Positions 27,340-39,300 of a stretch of DNA of 64,000 nt are shown here, in pieces (the first letter of the stretch is position 1; each line of letters starts with the position of its first letter). The DNA comes from Rhizaria sp. SCN 62-66 (Eukaryota). Both the position numbers and the translations under genes were made by a program. The stretch spans positions 62,001 to 126,000 of the forward strand of contig MEDY01000081.1 in NCBI GenBank assembly GCA_001724265.1. Direction: 5' to 3'. The notes under the pieces are model-generated. The model was given only the letters and a program-made list of their open reading frames with translations. It made no database searches and was not told the origin of the DNA.

Positions 27340-30300
27340 TTACAACATCAGGAAGTCCGCCTTCTTGTCCGGTACGGAATAAACATAGACATACCGTGGC
27401 GCATTGCTGCCCGTCGCCCTGCATGCATCCGTCACGAGCTCCATCAGCGCAATCGCCTTGATCCTGGAGCTCTTGCTGGGGAAGTGCAGCTCCGACAGCC
27501 GCTGGTCTGCAGTCTGCCTGCCCGCAGGCAGCGCGGCGCGCGCCATGACCCGACGCAGAATGCCGAACTCAAGCTCGATCGCGTACAGCAAGTACGACGA
27601 GGGCGCCAGCGGGCCGAGCAGCGGCCGGAGCACGCGGATCACTTCGTGCTCGATGTTGGTCTTCTTGAACGACGAGAGCGAGTTGGCGGGGTCGATCATG
27701 GTCACGACCATCATGTTCGCGTTGCTGCCACCGCTGTCCTTGCCGCCAGCACCGGATCCAGAGGCTCCCGCACCGCCGGAGCCCTTGCCGTCACCGCCGG
27801 TACCGTCTGCAGCCGCGGCAGCCGCAGCGGCAGCGGCAGCGGCAGCCGCCGCAGCTGCAGCCGCACGCTTGGTCATCCGCGCCGGCGGCCCCGCAGCCGC
27901 AGCCGCGCCCGCTGCGCCAGTCGTTGCGTCGCCGCCAGCGCCAGCGGCGCCAGAGTCCCCGGCGCCCGCCGAGGCTGCTGTGGGGGCGCCCGTGGTCGGG
28001 ATGCGGCGGCCCGTGACGTGGCCGACGGCCTCGATGACCGCGGCGGCGTGTTTGTCCTCAACCCAGCCGATGAACTCCTTGGTGGAGATGAGCAGCGTGG
28101 CGACCATGCCGCCGGGCGCGAGGTCGTACACCTCGACCACGTCGCGCTGCTTCAGCAGGTGCGGCTTGAGCAGCACGAGCCAGCGCAACCCGAGCTGCTT
28201 GCAGTACTCCCGCGCCTGCTCGCTGCCCATGACGCTCTCGCGACTCATCTCGGCCCGCATGCCCGCGCGCCACATTTGCGACAGCCACCCGCCCGCGGTC
28301 GCCGTCGCCACGCCCGTCGCTAGCCACAACAGCACGCCCGTACGCGGCTCGCGCTTGGCGAGCGCCTTGAGCCGCTTCTGCAGCAGCTGCGCGTCGTGCG
28401 AGTCGCGCGCCTGGGGCTCCATTGCGAACGCCACGATGCGGTCGAGCGCGAAACACGCGCTGGCGCCTCGGAGCGAAGCGGCCGTCGTCGAGGTCGTCGT
28501 AGACAGCGTGAACGAGGCGAGGGTAGAGTCGAAGCGACCGCCGGAGCACCAAATAGTGCGTTGCTCGACAGAGACAATCGCGGCAGCCGTGGCAGCAGCA
28601 GCGGCAGCAGCAGTGGTTGTCATCGCACTGTTGCCCGCGCCACCAGCGCTGTTCGCATAGGTTGAGAGCGAAGACGAAGAAGCCGAGGACGTGAGGTTCG
28701 AGGGCGTCGTGAAGAGCGCAGCAAGGTTGTTCATCGACGCGGACGTCGTGAACGACTCGCTCGACAGCAGGCCGCCCGTCGCGCCGGTCACAGAGCCGCG
28801 GGACTTGACGATCTTGTCCACCGACGTGTGCAGCTGGTAGATGATGCCGGACGAAAACACGCTCTCGTGCGGCGGCTGCAGAATGAGACCCAGGTCCAGC
28901 GTCGCCGTGATGCCGAGAGACGCCGTGGCTTCAAAGAAACGGCGCAGCTCGGCGAACGTGTCACTCATCATGTGCTGCCAGCGGTGCGCGTTGTCGTCAT
29001 CGCCCAGCGCAAGCGGCACAAAGGGCAGTCCGTGCCCGCCCTGTCCAGGGGCAGCGGTTGTTCCGGTGGCCACAGTGGTCGAGGATGCCATCGCTGCGAG
29101 CACGCGCGTCCGCGGCGGCGTGAGCACGAGCAGCGCGTCGTTGACGCGCAAGAACGCGTTCTCAACGTGTTCGCGCGACGGGTTAGGAAGCAGCGTCGAC
29201 GCGACCATGAAGAGCGACTCGAGCACGAGCGTCGGCACCATGTGCGAGCGCAGCTTGGGCGCGAACTTGCTCATCGCGCGGTCAGAGATCGCTTCGAGCC
29301 GCTTCGCGATCTCCACGAGAGCCTGCGCGGGCGACAGCGGGAACGGGGCCGCGTGCGCGCTGTTGAGGCGAGATGACCGGACACCAGTGCTACTGCCGGG
29401 GGCAGAGCCGGGCGGGACCGCAGCGGTGTTCGCGGCGGTCGTAGCGGCGAGCGCGAGCGTGCTCAGAGCACGCACGTGCGGCATCAGCAAAGTCACGAAC
29501 TCCTTAAAAAACGCCAAGAACGCATTGTACACCTCGGCTGGAGTGTATGTGGGCGCGGCACGCTCGTTGCTGTTGGCAGTAGCCGCAGCGGCGGTCTTGC
29601 CGTCCTTGGCAAGGTGCTCAGTGAGATCAAGCGTCGAGTGAGACAAGTCGTTGCCACCGCGACCAAAACTGCTGCCGAAGCCTGCACTGTTGCTGTTATC
29701 ACCCTTGCTGTGGTTGCTCTTGCGTTGCAGCCCGTTGGTGCCGACGGTGTTGATCGTCGGCGGCGGCAGCTGGTGGTGCGAGGGCGAGGCCAGGTCCAGA
29801 CTCAACGGAGCCAGCACCGTCGCCGGCGACAATGCGGCCGAGAAGTACGGCGACTTGGACGCCAGCGACGGCGCGCGGGCTTGCGGCTGCTGCAGCGTCG
29901 CGGCGACGGGGTGCTCGAAGAAGCAGTGCTGCGCTGCCAGCGCGAGGACGATCTGCATCACAGTCGCGTGCGAGACGTGGGCCGCGAAGCTGGGGATGCA
30001 GCAGTGCGTCAGCGCCTCAGTCGCAGTGTACAACACTTCAGCTGTGAGGATCGAGGACCGCATGTGGGAGGTGTCTTTGTCGACGGTCCATGCAATGTCG
30101 AAACCCGCCTCGAGCGAAGAGCGGAACGGGGGACCCGTGGACGCGGTCTGGTCCGAACGCGTCTTGTACACGCTGTCGAAGTCGTAGCGCCGCAGCTCGA
30201 CGGGGATCGACTGCGGACCCCGCGTCGCCGCGCTGCCTGTGGCCGTGTCCGCAGTGGGGATGGAAAAGAGCCTGTCGCTTTCGTAGTTGTGCGCCACAAA

Positions 30301-33300
30301 GCGCGCGAACGGCAGCGTGAGTGACGGCGGCAACTGCAGCAGCGTGCCCGCAGCGTCCATGAGATAGGTCGCGCGGGGCAAGTCAGAGCGCGAGGTGCGC
30401 GGGATCAGCAGCGGCGTAGACAGGTGCACCGCGCCGTGGCGCTGGAACACGGTCGTCAGTCCGCTCACGACACGGTCCTTGACGCGCGCCTTAGTGGCTA
30501 GTGCGAAGACGCGCTTCGAGTGCGACGACGATGGCGCAGCGATGGTGATCAGTCCGGTGTCGTACACAGTGTCGAACCGGGCGTCGGCGACACGAGAGAA
30601 GAGCTGCTGCACGAGAGGTGTAAAGTAGCCCGACGACTCGTCGCACGCGTACATCAGCGCCTGGTTCATCGTTTCGTGCTCGACCTCGAATGGTACGTAA
30701 CCCGACTGCAGCAATTCTGCCGCGGTCGGCCTGTCCGCGGACCGGCGCTGCACTGAACGCTCGATGATCTCTACGACCTGCTCCTGCTCGAGCGGCTTCA
30801 CCGTGGACTGTGGCGGGAACGCAGCGGCGAGGAAGCCCTCGGGCACGGATCCAACGTCGCGGAGATGGCCGATCTCGACCGCGCGCTCGTATCCGGAGTT
30901 GAACGGGCGCCACATCTCGTAGAACATGATGCCGAGCGCGTAGATATCCGTCTTTGAGTCATAAGCCTGCCCTGCAAGCTGCTCGGGTGAAGAATACACG
31001 CGAGTGCCGACCGCGCCAGTGGTTTCTGACTGGGCCCAGTCGACGGGCCGCAGCGAGTTGTGCCGCGCGAGCACTGCGGTCGACGTCGACGCGTTAACGC
31101 TGCCGCTTTGCGACGCAATCGCGAGACCGAAATCACCCAGCTTCGCGTTGCCGGACGAGTCAATAAACACGTTGGCTGGCTTGATATCGCGGTGGATGAC
31201 GCCGTTGTCGTGGACAAACCGAAGCGCCTGTAGGATCTGACGGTAGTACTTCCACAGCGCGTCGGGCGTCTGCCACAGGGTGTTAGCCTTAATAACGTCG
31301 TAAAGTGTCTCGTTGGCACAGAACTCCATCTGAATGTACAGGTACTCGTACAGACGCAGCGCCTTAGGAACCTTAGCCTCAGCCTTGCGCTGACGCTGTC
31401 GGCGGCGCCTCTCCTGCTCGCGCTTCTTATGGGCTGCAGTCGCCGTCGCTGTCGCAGCAGCCACAGTCGTGGCCTTGACCCTGCCCTTGCCAGCCTTGTA
31501 GTCGGTTTTTCCACTGCTCTTCGCCTTGCCCTTGTCGCTTTTGGCGCCCTTGCACTTGCTGCGCTTGTCAGGCCTGTCAAAGATTTCGGTGAAGTCACCG
31601 TAGTCGTCGTGGGAGAGTGACTTTGTCGCAGTTGCGGAAGATGACGTGGAAGCACAGTTAGCACCAGCAGCAGCACTCAAGCCACGCGCGCTTTTGCCGG
31701 TAGCCTTGTTCTTGCTCTTGTCCTGACCCTTGCTCTTGCTCTTTTGCATCAAGCCGTGACCGTCGTCGTCGTCGTCAGTGGTGCTGTTGTCACCGAACGA
31801 GTAGTCGCTGCCAGATTCAGACTCGGCAGGAGCGAAAGTGAACCCGCCGTCGTCGTCATCGTCAACATCATCATTTTCGTCTTCGTCCTCATCCTCATCC
31901 TCGTCCTCGTCCTCATCAGTCGTGATGTCGGTGCCGTGAGAGCTCCCCATGAACGAGCTGCGCGCAAAGACAACACTGCCGTCATTGTCGTCCTCGTCCT
32001 CATCATGCTCATCGTCGTCGTCCTCGTCATCTTCGTTGTCATCACCCGAGATGTTAGAATCGTAGTCAGAGGGTGAGTACTCATCGCTCCAATCCTCGTC
32101 CTCATCCTCATCCTCATCCTCGTCTTCGTCCTCATCCTCGTCTTTATCCTGCGAGTCATCATCAGGCATCCGCTGAGGCCCAATGCTCTTCTCAACCCAC
32201 GCGTGGTAATACCGCACGATATGCCTGTGGTTCAACCGCGCAAGAGTTGACACCTCGCGCAGAGTCTTCTTGTTCGTAGCAGGATCGTTCGCTTTGAGCT
32301 GAATGCGCTTCACCGCATACGTCAGCTTGTCGACGTTGTGGCGCGCCTTCATCACCTCGCCCTGGCCGCCGGCGCCGAGCCGGCCCAGGTGCGTGTAGTC
32401 GGAACGATAGCGCGAGGGCGTCACGCCGTACTCGGCCTCGAGTGCGGCCTTCTTCTCCGCGAACGCGGCGCGCTCGGTCTCCGCATCGGCGCCGATGAAC
32501 ACGTCCGAAATGCCCGTTCTCATCACGAGCGCGCTGCGTAGTCCGGGCGACACGGTCGTCGAGCCAGGGCGCTGCTGTTGCGACTGCGATTGCGTAGGCT
32601 GCATATGTGTGCGCGCGAACATGATCCCCGTCGCGGAGTTCGACGCGGGCTGTGCAGCGGGAGACAAAGCCAGTCCGCTGCCGCCGCTGGCCGTCGCAGC
32701 GGCCGCGAGCGAGGCCGGCACGAGCGCGGGGGAGCCTGCAAACGACGAGCGCCCGCTAAGCGACGACGACGCGTGCGTGGTGAGCGACGGGGGCGCGAAG
32801 CGAGTGAGCGCGACGGCAGCAGCAGTGCCGGGAGACATCTGCTGTTGGTGCAATGCAAGTGAGTGCGGCGTCGAGCTCAAGCCGGCGCCGCCAGTGCTCG
32901 CAGGCTGAGCTTGCGAGGAAAGCACGAACGACGTGCCGGTGCTGCTCGATGAAGCAGCCGCGGCAGCATCAGATGCGGAGGCAAATGTAGGGGAAGATGG
33001 CGGAAACGGCAGAGGGACTGTCTCGATGAATGGGCTCGCTGAGCGAGAAATCGGACGCGATACTACGCGGTTGATCGGCTTCTCGTGCTTCGTGCGACCA
33101 GTGAGACTCGCCGAGTCAGCCGCCGCGGCCTTTGTATCCTTGCTGGCCTTCGTTGTGGTAGCTTTGTTTGAGTCGGTTGTCTTCGTGCGGCCTAACTTCT
33201 GCGAAGACGGCGCTGCAAGCGAAAGACTGTGTTCATCAAGCCCCAGTAAGCCGAGAGTCAGAGCGCCGCTGCCGCCAATGTTGCCATTGTTGTGTGCATT

Positions 33301-36300
33301 CGGCCCGTGACCGTGAGTGCTGCCACCGAGAGACTCCCAGAGAGCATCAGCGCCCTCGCTTCCGCTGTCACTAGCACCAGCGTCGTCCTCATCCTCATCC
33401 TCATCGTCAGTGTAGTCGCTGGCATCGTTAGTATCGTCGTCGCCGTCCTTGTCCTCGTCGTAAGAGTCGTCGTCGTCGCTGTCACCGCCCTGTGCAAACA
33501 TAGAGCTGCTTAGCGGGCCCAAGGAAAGACTTACACGGCGCTGAGACGACTTCTCAGGAGGAGGCGCGGAAGCCTGTGATGACGACAGAGACTCGCTGCC
33601 CTTTGACGAAGACTTCGACTTTGAGCTAGACTTGGACTTAGCGCCCTTCGTAGACTCGGCGTCGCCCTTAGACTTGGAGTCACCAGCCTTCGCCTTCTTG
33701 CCAGCGCCCTTGGACAATCCGCCGAGAAGCGAGTCAATGATCGCGCTCTTGGTCGGCGAGCCGCGCAGGGCCGCAGCGGCGCCCTTGAGCGACGGCGGGT
33801 GCTCGCGGTCCCCGAGGCTGCTGCTGGGCGTGCTGGGCGACTGGTGCGAGCTCGGGCCGGAGCCGCGGCGCGCGCGGGAGAACATGCCGCCGGGGCTGCC
33901 GATGGTCACGTTGGCGCTCGCGGCGTTGGGAAACGCGCTCGTGAGGGCGCCAGCGTTCGCGGTGGAGTGAGAGAGGAGCGCGGGGGACGGCACCGGGGAC
34001 GGCGGGGCCAGGCCGGGCGGCAGCGGCAGCGGGAACGGGAGTAGAGCCACGGGGCCGTGCTCGCCGTCGGTGTCGCTATCGGCCCCCGCGACAATGTGGG
34101 GGCGCGTAGAGCCTGTGTCGGAGAGACGCGAGCTAGACTTGCGCAACACAGTCGCTCCAACAGCACCGGTTGTCCCAGCACTAGGAGCAATTGTAGCAGC
34201 GGTAGCGCTTGAACTTGCCCCAGTCGCGCGCATGGTCCCAAACGCGGTTTGCTTGCCGGCTGCGTCGCTACCACTCGAGAATGAGTCGTCGGGAGCCTCA
34301 CCAAGCGCGATTGTCGTGGTTCTGCCAGTCGCATTGCTGTTACTCGCACCATTAGTTGCACTCGGGGCAGCTGCCGCGTTACTGGTGCTGTTGCTGCTGC
34401 TGCTAATAGTGCTGCTGTTGCTCGGGTTTGCGCGCGACGACGCCGTCGCCGCGGTCGTCGAGCCCGGCGCCGCGACGCCGCGGGCGCCCAGCGGTCCCGA
34501 CAGGAGCATCGGGCCCGACGTGATCAGCAGCCCGCCCTTGCCAAACTGCGCGCTGCGGCCCGCGCCGCCCGCACCCGCGCCCGCGCTCGAGCTCCCACCA
34601 GCGCCCCCGCCCGCAGCGCCGCCGACGGCCGCGGAAGCGGCGCCGGAGATGGAGAGCGGGCCGGGCAGGTGCGCGAGCCCGCCGACGGCGACGAAGGACG
34701 GCGAGTCGCGGCCGAACTCGCCGCGCAGCAGCCCACTGGGGCGCGTGCTGCGGCTCGCGCTCGTCGCGTCCGACAACATGTCGGAGCCAGAGTCAGAGTC
34801 AGAGTCGCCAGACCCGCTGGCGCGCGGGCCCGCGGCGTGGCCGCGGCGGGACCCGCTGACGTTGGCGGCGTTGCTGGAGACATTGGCGCCGGATGTAGTC
34901 GTGGTGGGGTAAAACACGTCGTCGTCATCGTCGTCATCGTCGTCGTCGCCGTTGCCTCTGTTTCTACCGGCGATCGCGTTGCCGGCCGCAGCCGCATTGC
35001 CGCCACGCTGGTGCAGCTTGCCCTTGCTCTTGCTCTTGCCGAGAATCGTGGTCGTCGTAAGGAACTGATCCGAGTACAGCGGCTGGCGTCCGCTGCGCGC
35101 ATCGTTGCCGTCCTCGTCGTAGTCATAGTCGCCGCCGTCGTCGTCGTCACCATCAGCGTAGCTGCGGCCGTCGTCGCCGTCGTCGTCGTCGCCGTGGCCG
35201 CCGTTATTGTCGTCGTCGTCAATGCCGTAGTCACGGAACTCGCCCACGACTTCGGCGTACACCTCGTGCTCGCCGCTCTCCGCAGTCAGAGACAACAGCT
35301 GCTGGCGCATGCGGGCGCGGTTCTTCGCCTTGGCCGCAGCTGCAGCGGCCGCGGCGGCGGCGTCGCTCGCGCTCTCAGGCTCTTTGCCTGACGAGCTTGA
35401 CTTAGCCTTGTCTTTGTGCTTGCTGCCGTGCTTGCTGCGTTCTTTACTAGGATCGCGATCCTTGGGCTTGTCTTTGCCGTGTCCGCTGCGGCGCTCGCGG
35501 TCCTTTTGCTTCTCCTTCTTGTCGTTGAAGTGCTTCTCGCCGCGGCTGTCGCGGTGACCGCCGCCACCGCCGGAAACGCCCGTGATCGTGATTGTCGGCG
35601 CAATCGCCGCGGTGACCGTAGCGCGAGAAGAGCTGCGCGGCGTGCCCGCTGCAGTCGCGCTCGCTACGACGCGAGCGCGGCTGTCGGCGTGAGGCTGAGG
35701 CTGAGACTGCGACTGCGACTGCGAGAGCTGCGACGGCGTCTGCGACTCGATCTGCGAGACGAGCCCGCCGATGCTGCTCGCGTGCCCGCTGCCAGTGCTG
35801 TTCACGGTCGACTGACGCAGGAATGCCTCGAAGCTGAGCCCGACGCCGCTGTCGTTGTCGTCGAACGCGTTGGCCAGCGCGGCGCCCATGCCGGTGCTTG
35901 TCGTGCTGATGCCGCTGGCCGCGGGCGCGAGGGGCTTGACGCTGATGGCGGCCGACAGACTCGGGCTGGGCGACAGAATCGCGCGCGCCACCGCGCTGCT
36001 GCCGCCTCCGTTGGCGTTCACAGCCGCGCCAGTGTTGTTGTTAACGCCACCGGTGTTCGTGGGAAGCAACGGTGACGATGCGGCAGCGAGCGCCCTCGCG
36101 GTCGCCGTGCGCGGAGACTGCACCGGCAGCAGCAGCGGCGACGTCGAGTCGAGCGGAATCATCATGACCCCGCCGCCGCCGCCGCCGAGCGCGCCCGGGA
36201 GCCCGTGCGGGTGGCCGTGTGGGTGGCCGTGGGGCGGGGCGAGCGCGGTGGGCAGCATCGGGGAGCCCGAGGCCGCGAACAGGGCGGGATCCAGCGACTG

Positions 36301-39300
36301 CGGGTGCGGGTGGTGCGGCAGCGACAGCAGGGCCGGGGACTGCGAGTGCGCGGCCGCCTTGACGGTCGCGCTCGCGCTTCCCTGCGGCTGGGACTGCGCA
36401 GGCGCCGGGAAGACGTACACGCTGCTGTTGCCCGTGCCATTGCCCGTGGCAGCAGCAGCAGCAGCGGGAGCTGGAGCAGCAGCAGTGCTAGATTTAGCAT
36501 GAGTATCGACCTTGGCAGCAGCAGCGGGAGCCGGCCCAGCCGTTGCAGCGGCAGCGCCAGCAGCGCCGGCAGCGAGGTTCGTGCTGCTGCCAGTGCGCGA
36601 CATCGCGCCGGGCGCTCCAGCAGAGGACGCCGCCGCGATGGCGCCGGCCGCGGGCTTCGACGCCGCCAGAGTCGCGGCGAGCGCGGCCTTCCACGACAGG
36701 CCGGCGACCACGGTCGCCGCGGGCGGCGGCCCGTGTGCGGCGGACGGGCTGGCCGCGGGGGCCGAGGCGTCTCTGCCCTCGGTCGCGGCGGGAGCAGCAG
36801 CAGCGGCGACAGCGCTCTCAGCGGCTGTGTCAGGGGCGGCGCCCGCGTTGTTGTTGATGGCAGGCGACGTGGCCGGCAGATTGTACTTCTTAGACTTAGG
36901 AGACGCGCCAGTGGCCGCAGCAGCGCTCGCACCCGCAGTTGCAGCCGCATTCGCGGGAGCAAAAGCAGCAGGCGCAGCAGGCGCGAGAGAGCCGCGCCGG
37001 CTCACACCGGGCTTGCCGGCGCAAGCGCCTGTCTTTGTAACGGGAGTAGCGCCGCCAGCAACGGCCGCAAACGACGGCGACCGATCAACAGCCACAGCGC
37101 CAGCAGGGCTCTTGTCCTTATCAGCCTTGTCCTTATCAGCGGCCTTCTCTGGCGCGGCCACGACCGGCGCTGCAGGTATGCCTGCGGTCGCACTAGCGGG
37201 CGTGCTGTTGAGGCCCGTGAAGACCACTTGCCTGTGGGGCACTGCCATCTTGAGACTGCTATGCAGCTTACTGCCCTTGGGCGCGGCCAGAGCGGACGCG
37301 TACGACACGGCGCTGGCGGCAGCGCCCGCGCCCGCACTCGACTCGACGCCGCCGTGCTTGTCATGCTTGTCGTGCTTATCGTGCTTATCGTGAGGTTGCT
37401 GTTGCTTGCTTTGCGCCAGGATCTGCGCCAGAGTCAGCGGCGCACCGCTGGCCTCGCTGGCGGCCGAGGACGCCGTGGTCGCCGCGGTGGACGTCGCCGA
37501 CGGCAGAGTGCCCGAGACGGGCGACGCGAGCGTGCTTTCGCTCGTCGTCACCACGGCCGCGCTCGCCGCAGCAGCAGCAGCAGCGGCAGCGGCAGCGGCA
37601 GCAGCAGCGGCGGCGGCGGCCCGTTCCTCTTTCTGCCTCTCCTTTTCGGCCGCCTTGCGCCGCGCCTCGATCACTTTGGCCTCCGCGGCGGCCGCGGCCT
37701 CGGCGCCGGCGACGGCCGCCTCGGCCGCCTCCGTGGCCGCCTGCAGCCGCTGGCGGCGTGCCGTCGCGCGCGCGGCCGCGGTGCGCGCCGCAGCGAGCGC
37801 GAGCTCGGCCAGCGGTATCTGCGAGTCCAGGTCCGCGCTGCGCGCCTGCAGCAGCGCCTCCTGCTCGACCTGCTGCCGCGCAAGCGCCGTGCGCTGCTTC
37901 TGCGCGCGAGAGAGCAGCGAGAGCATGCTGCTGCCACTGCCGCCCGCATCTTCGTCCTCGTCGTCGCCGTTGCTGTTCGCGGCGGCGCTCGTGTTCAGCG
38001 CGCTGGCGGCGTCGCCGTCGTCGACGCTGCGGCCCGCGCTGGGCGCGGTGGGGCTGGTGGGCGGCGGCAAGGCTGGCTGCGACGACAGCAGCCCGAGGCC
38101 GCTCTTGTCGCCCAAAGGCAAGCCGCCCAGCGGCGCGCCGCTACCGCTGAAGGACTTGCTGCTCTTCGCGGTGCCGGCCTTCGCTGAGGACAGCGAGATC
38201 TCGCCGACCGCGATCGCGGCCGAGGACGACAGCAGCGACAGGTGGTGGCCGGCGCCGGGGCTGTGGCGGCTCGCGGCGCCCCCGCGCGCGGCGGCCGCGC
38301 CCGCGCCCGCGGGCAGCGCCGGGGCGATGATAGCGCGCAGCGGCGGAGACCGGCGGCGCTGCTCGCTGTCGAAGTCGGCCAGCTCCTCGCCGTCTCTATC
38401 GCCGGCGGCGGTCCCGTCACGGGACGCGATGCCCGCCAGCACAGCGGCCGCCGCAGTCACGACCGCCGAGGCGGTGGCAACAGCAGCGGCGGTGGCGGCA
38501 GCCGCGGTGGCCACAGCGTCGGTGCTAGAGTTAGAACTAGAGCTAGAGCCGGAAGCGGGCGAAGTTGCGTTAGCAGGAGCAAACACGCCCTTTTGCTGTT
38601 GTTGCATATCAGTTAAGTTCGCAATCGTTTTCGCAAGCCGCTCGATCTCGCCAGTGGCCGCGCTCGCTGCGGCCTCGCACTTCTGCGTGTCGGCCGTGAT
38701 CTGTGCGAGCGTGCTCTCCTTGCTGCGCACTGCGGCGGCCAGCCGGGCAGCGAGCGAGTCGGTCACCAGTGTCAGGCCTGTGGAGCTGAATGAGAAAGGC
38801 AGCAACGGCGCGTTGGCAGCGGCCTTGCCCGTTGCCATCACCGTGCTGCTGCTGGTGGTGCTGTTGGTTGCGGCGGCGCGGGCACTCGCGCCCGCTGCCG
38901 TCGTGGACGCAGGGGGTGACGACATCGCCGGCGTCGCACTTGTTGAGGCAGCCGTGGTTGCAGTGGTTTGCATTATCATTGGCGACAGCTCTGATAAGCC
39001 AGCTTTCCCACTGCTGCCAAACACACCCGCACCCGTGCCCGTGCCACCGGCACTGCTGGCAACAAAGTCACCGGAGGAGAACAAAGACAACCCGTGTCCC
39101 GGACTCTGGCCGCCACCGCTGCTGAGTTGCTGCTGTGGCGGCTGAAGCGGGTGATGCTGTGGGTGATTGGGGTGCCGCGACGACATCGCGTACGACCCGT
39201 GGCCACTGCCTGCGCTGGAACTGCTGGAACTCGAGGTGCTCATGGTCACTCCGCTGCCGCTGCTCGCACCGTGGCCAGCAAGGCTCAGCACCGCAGGCCC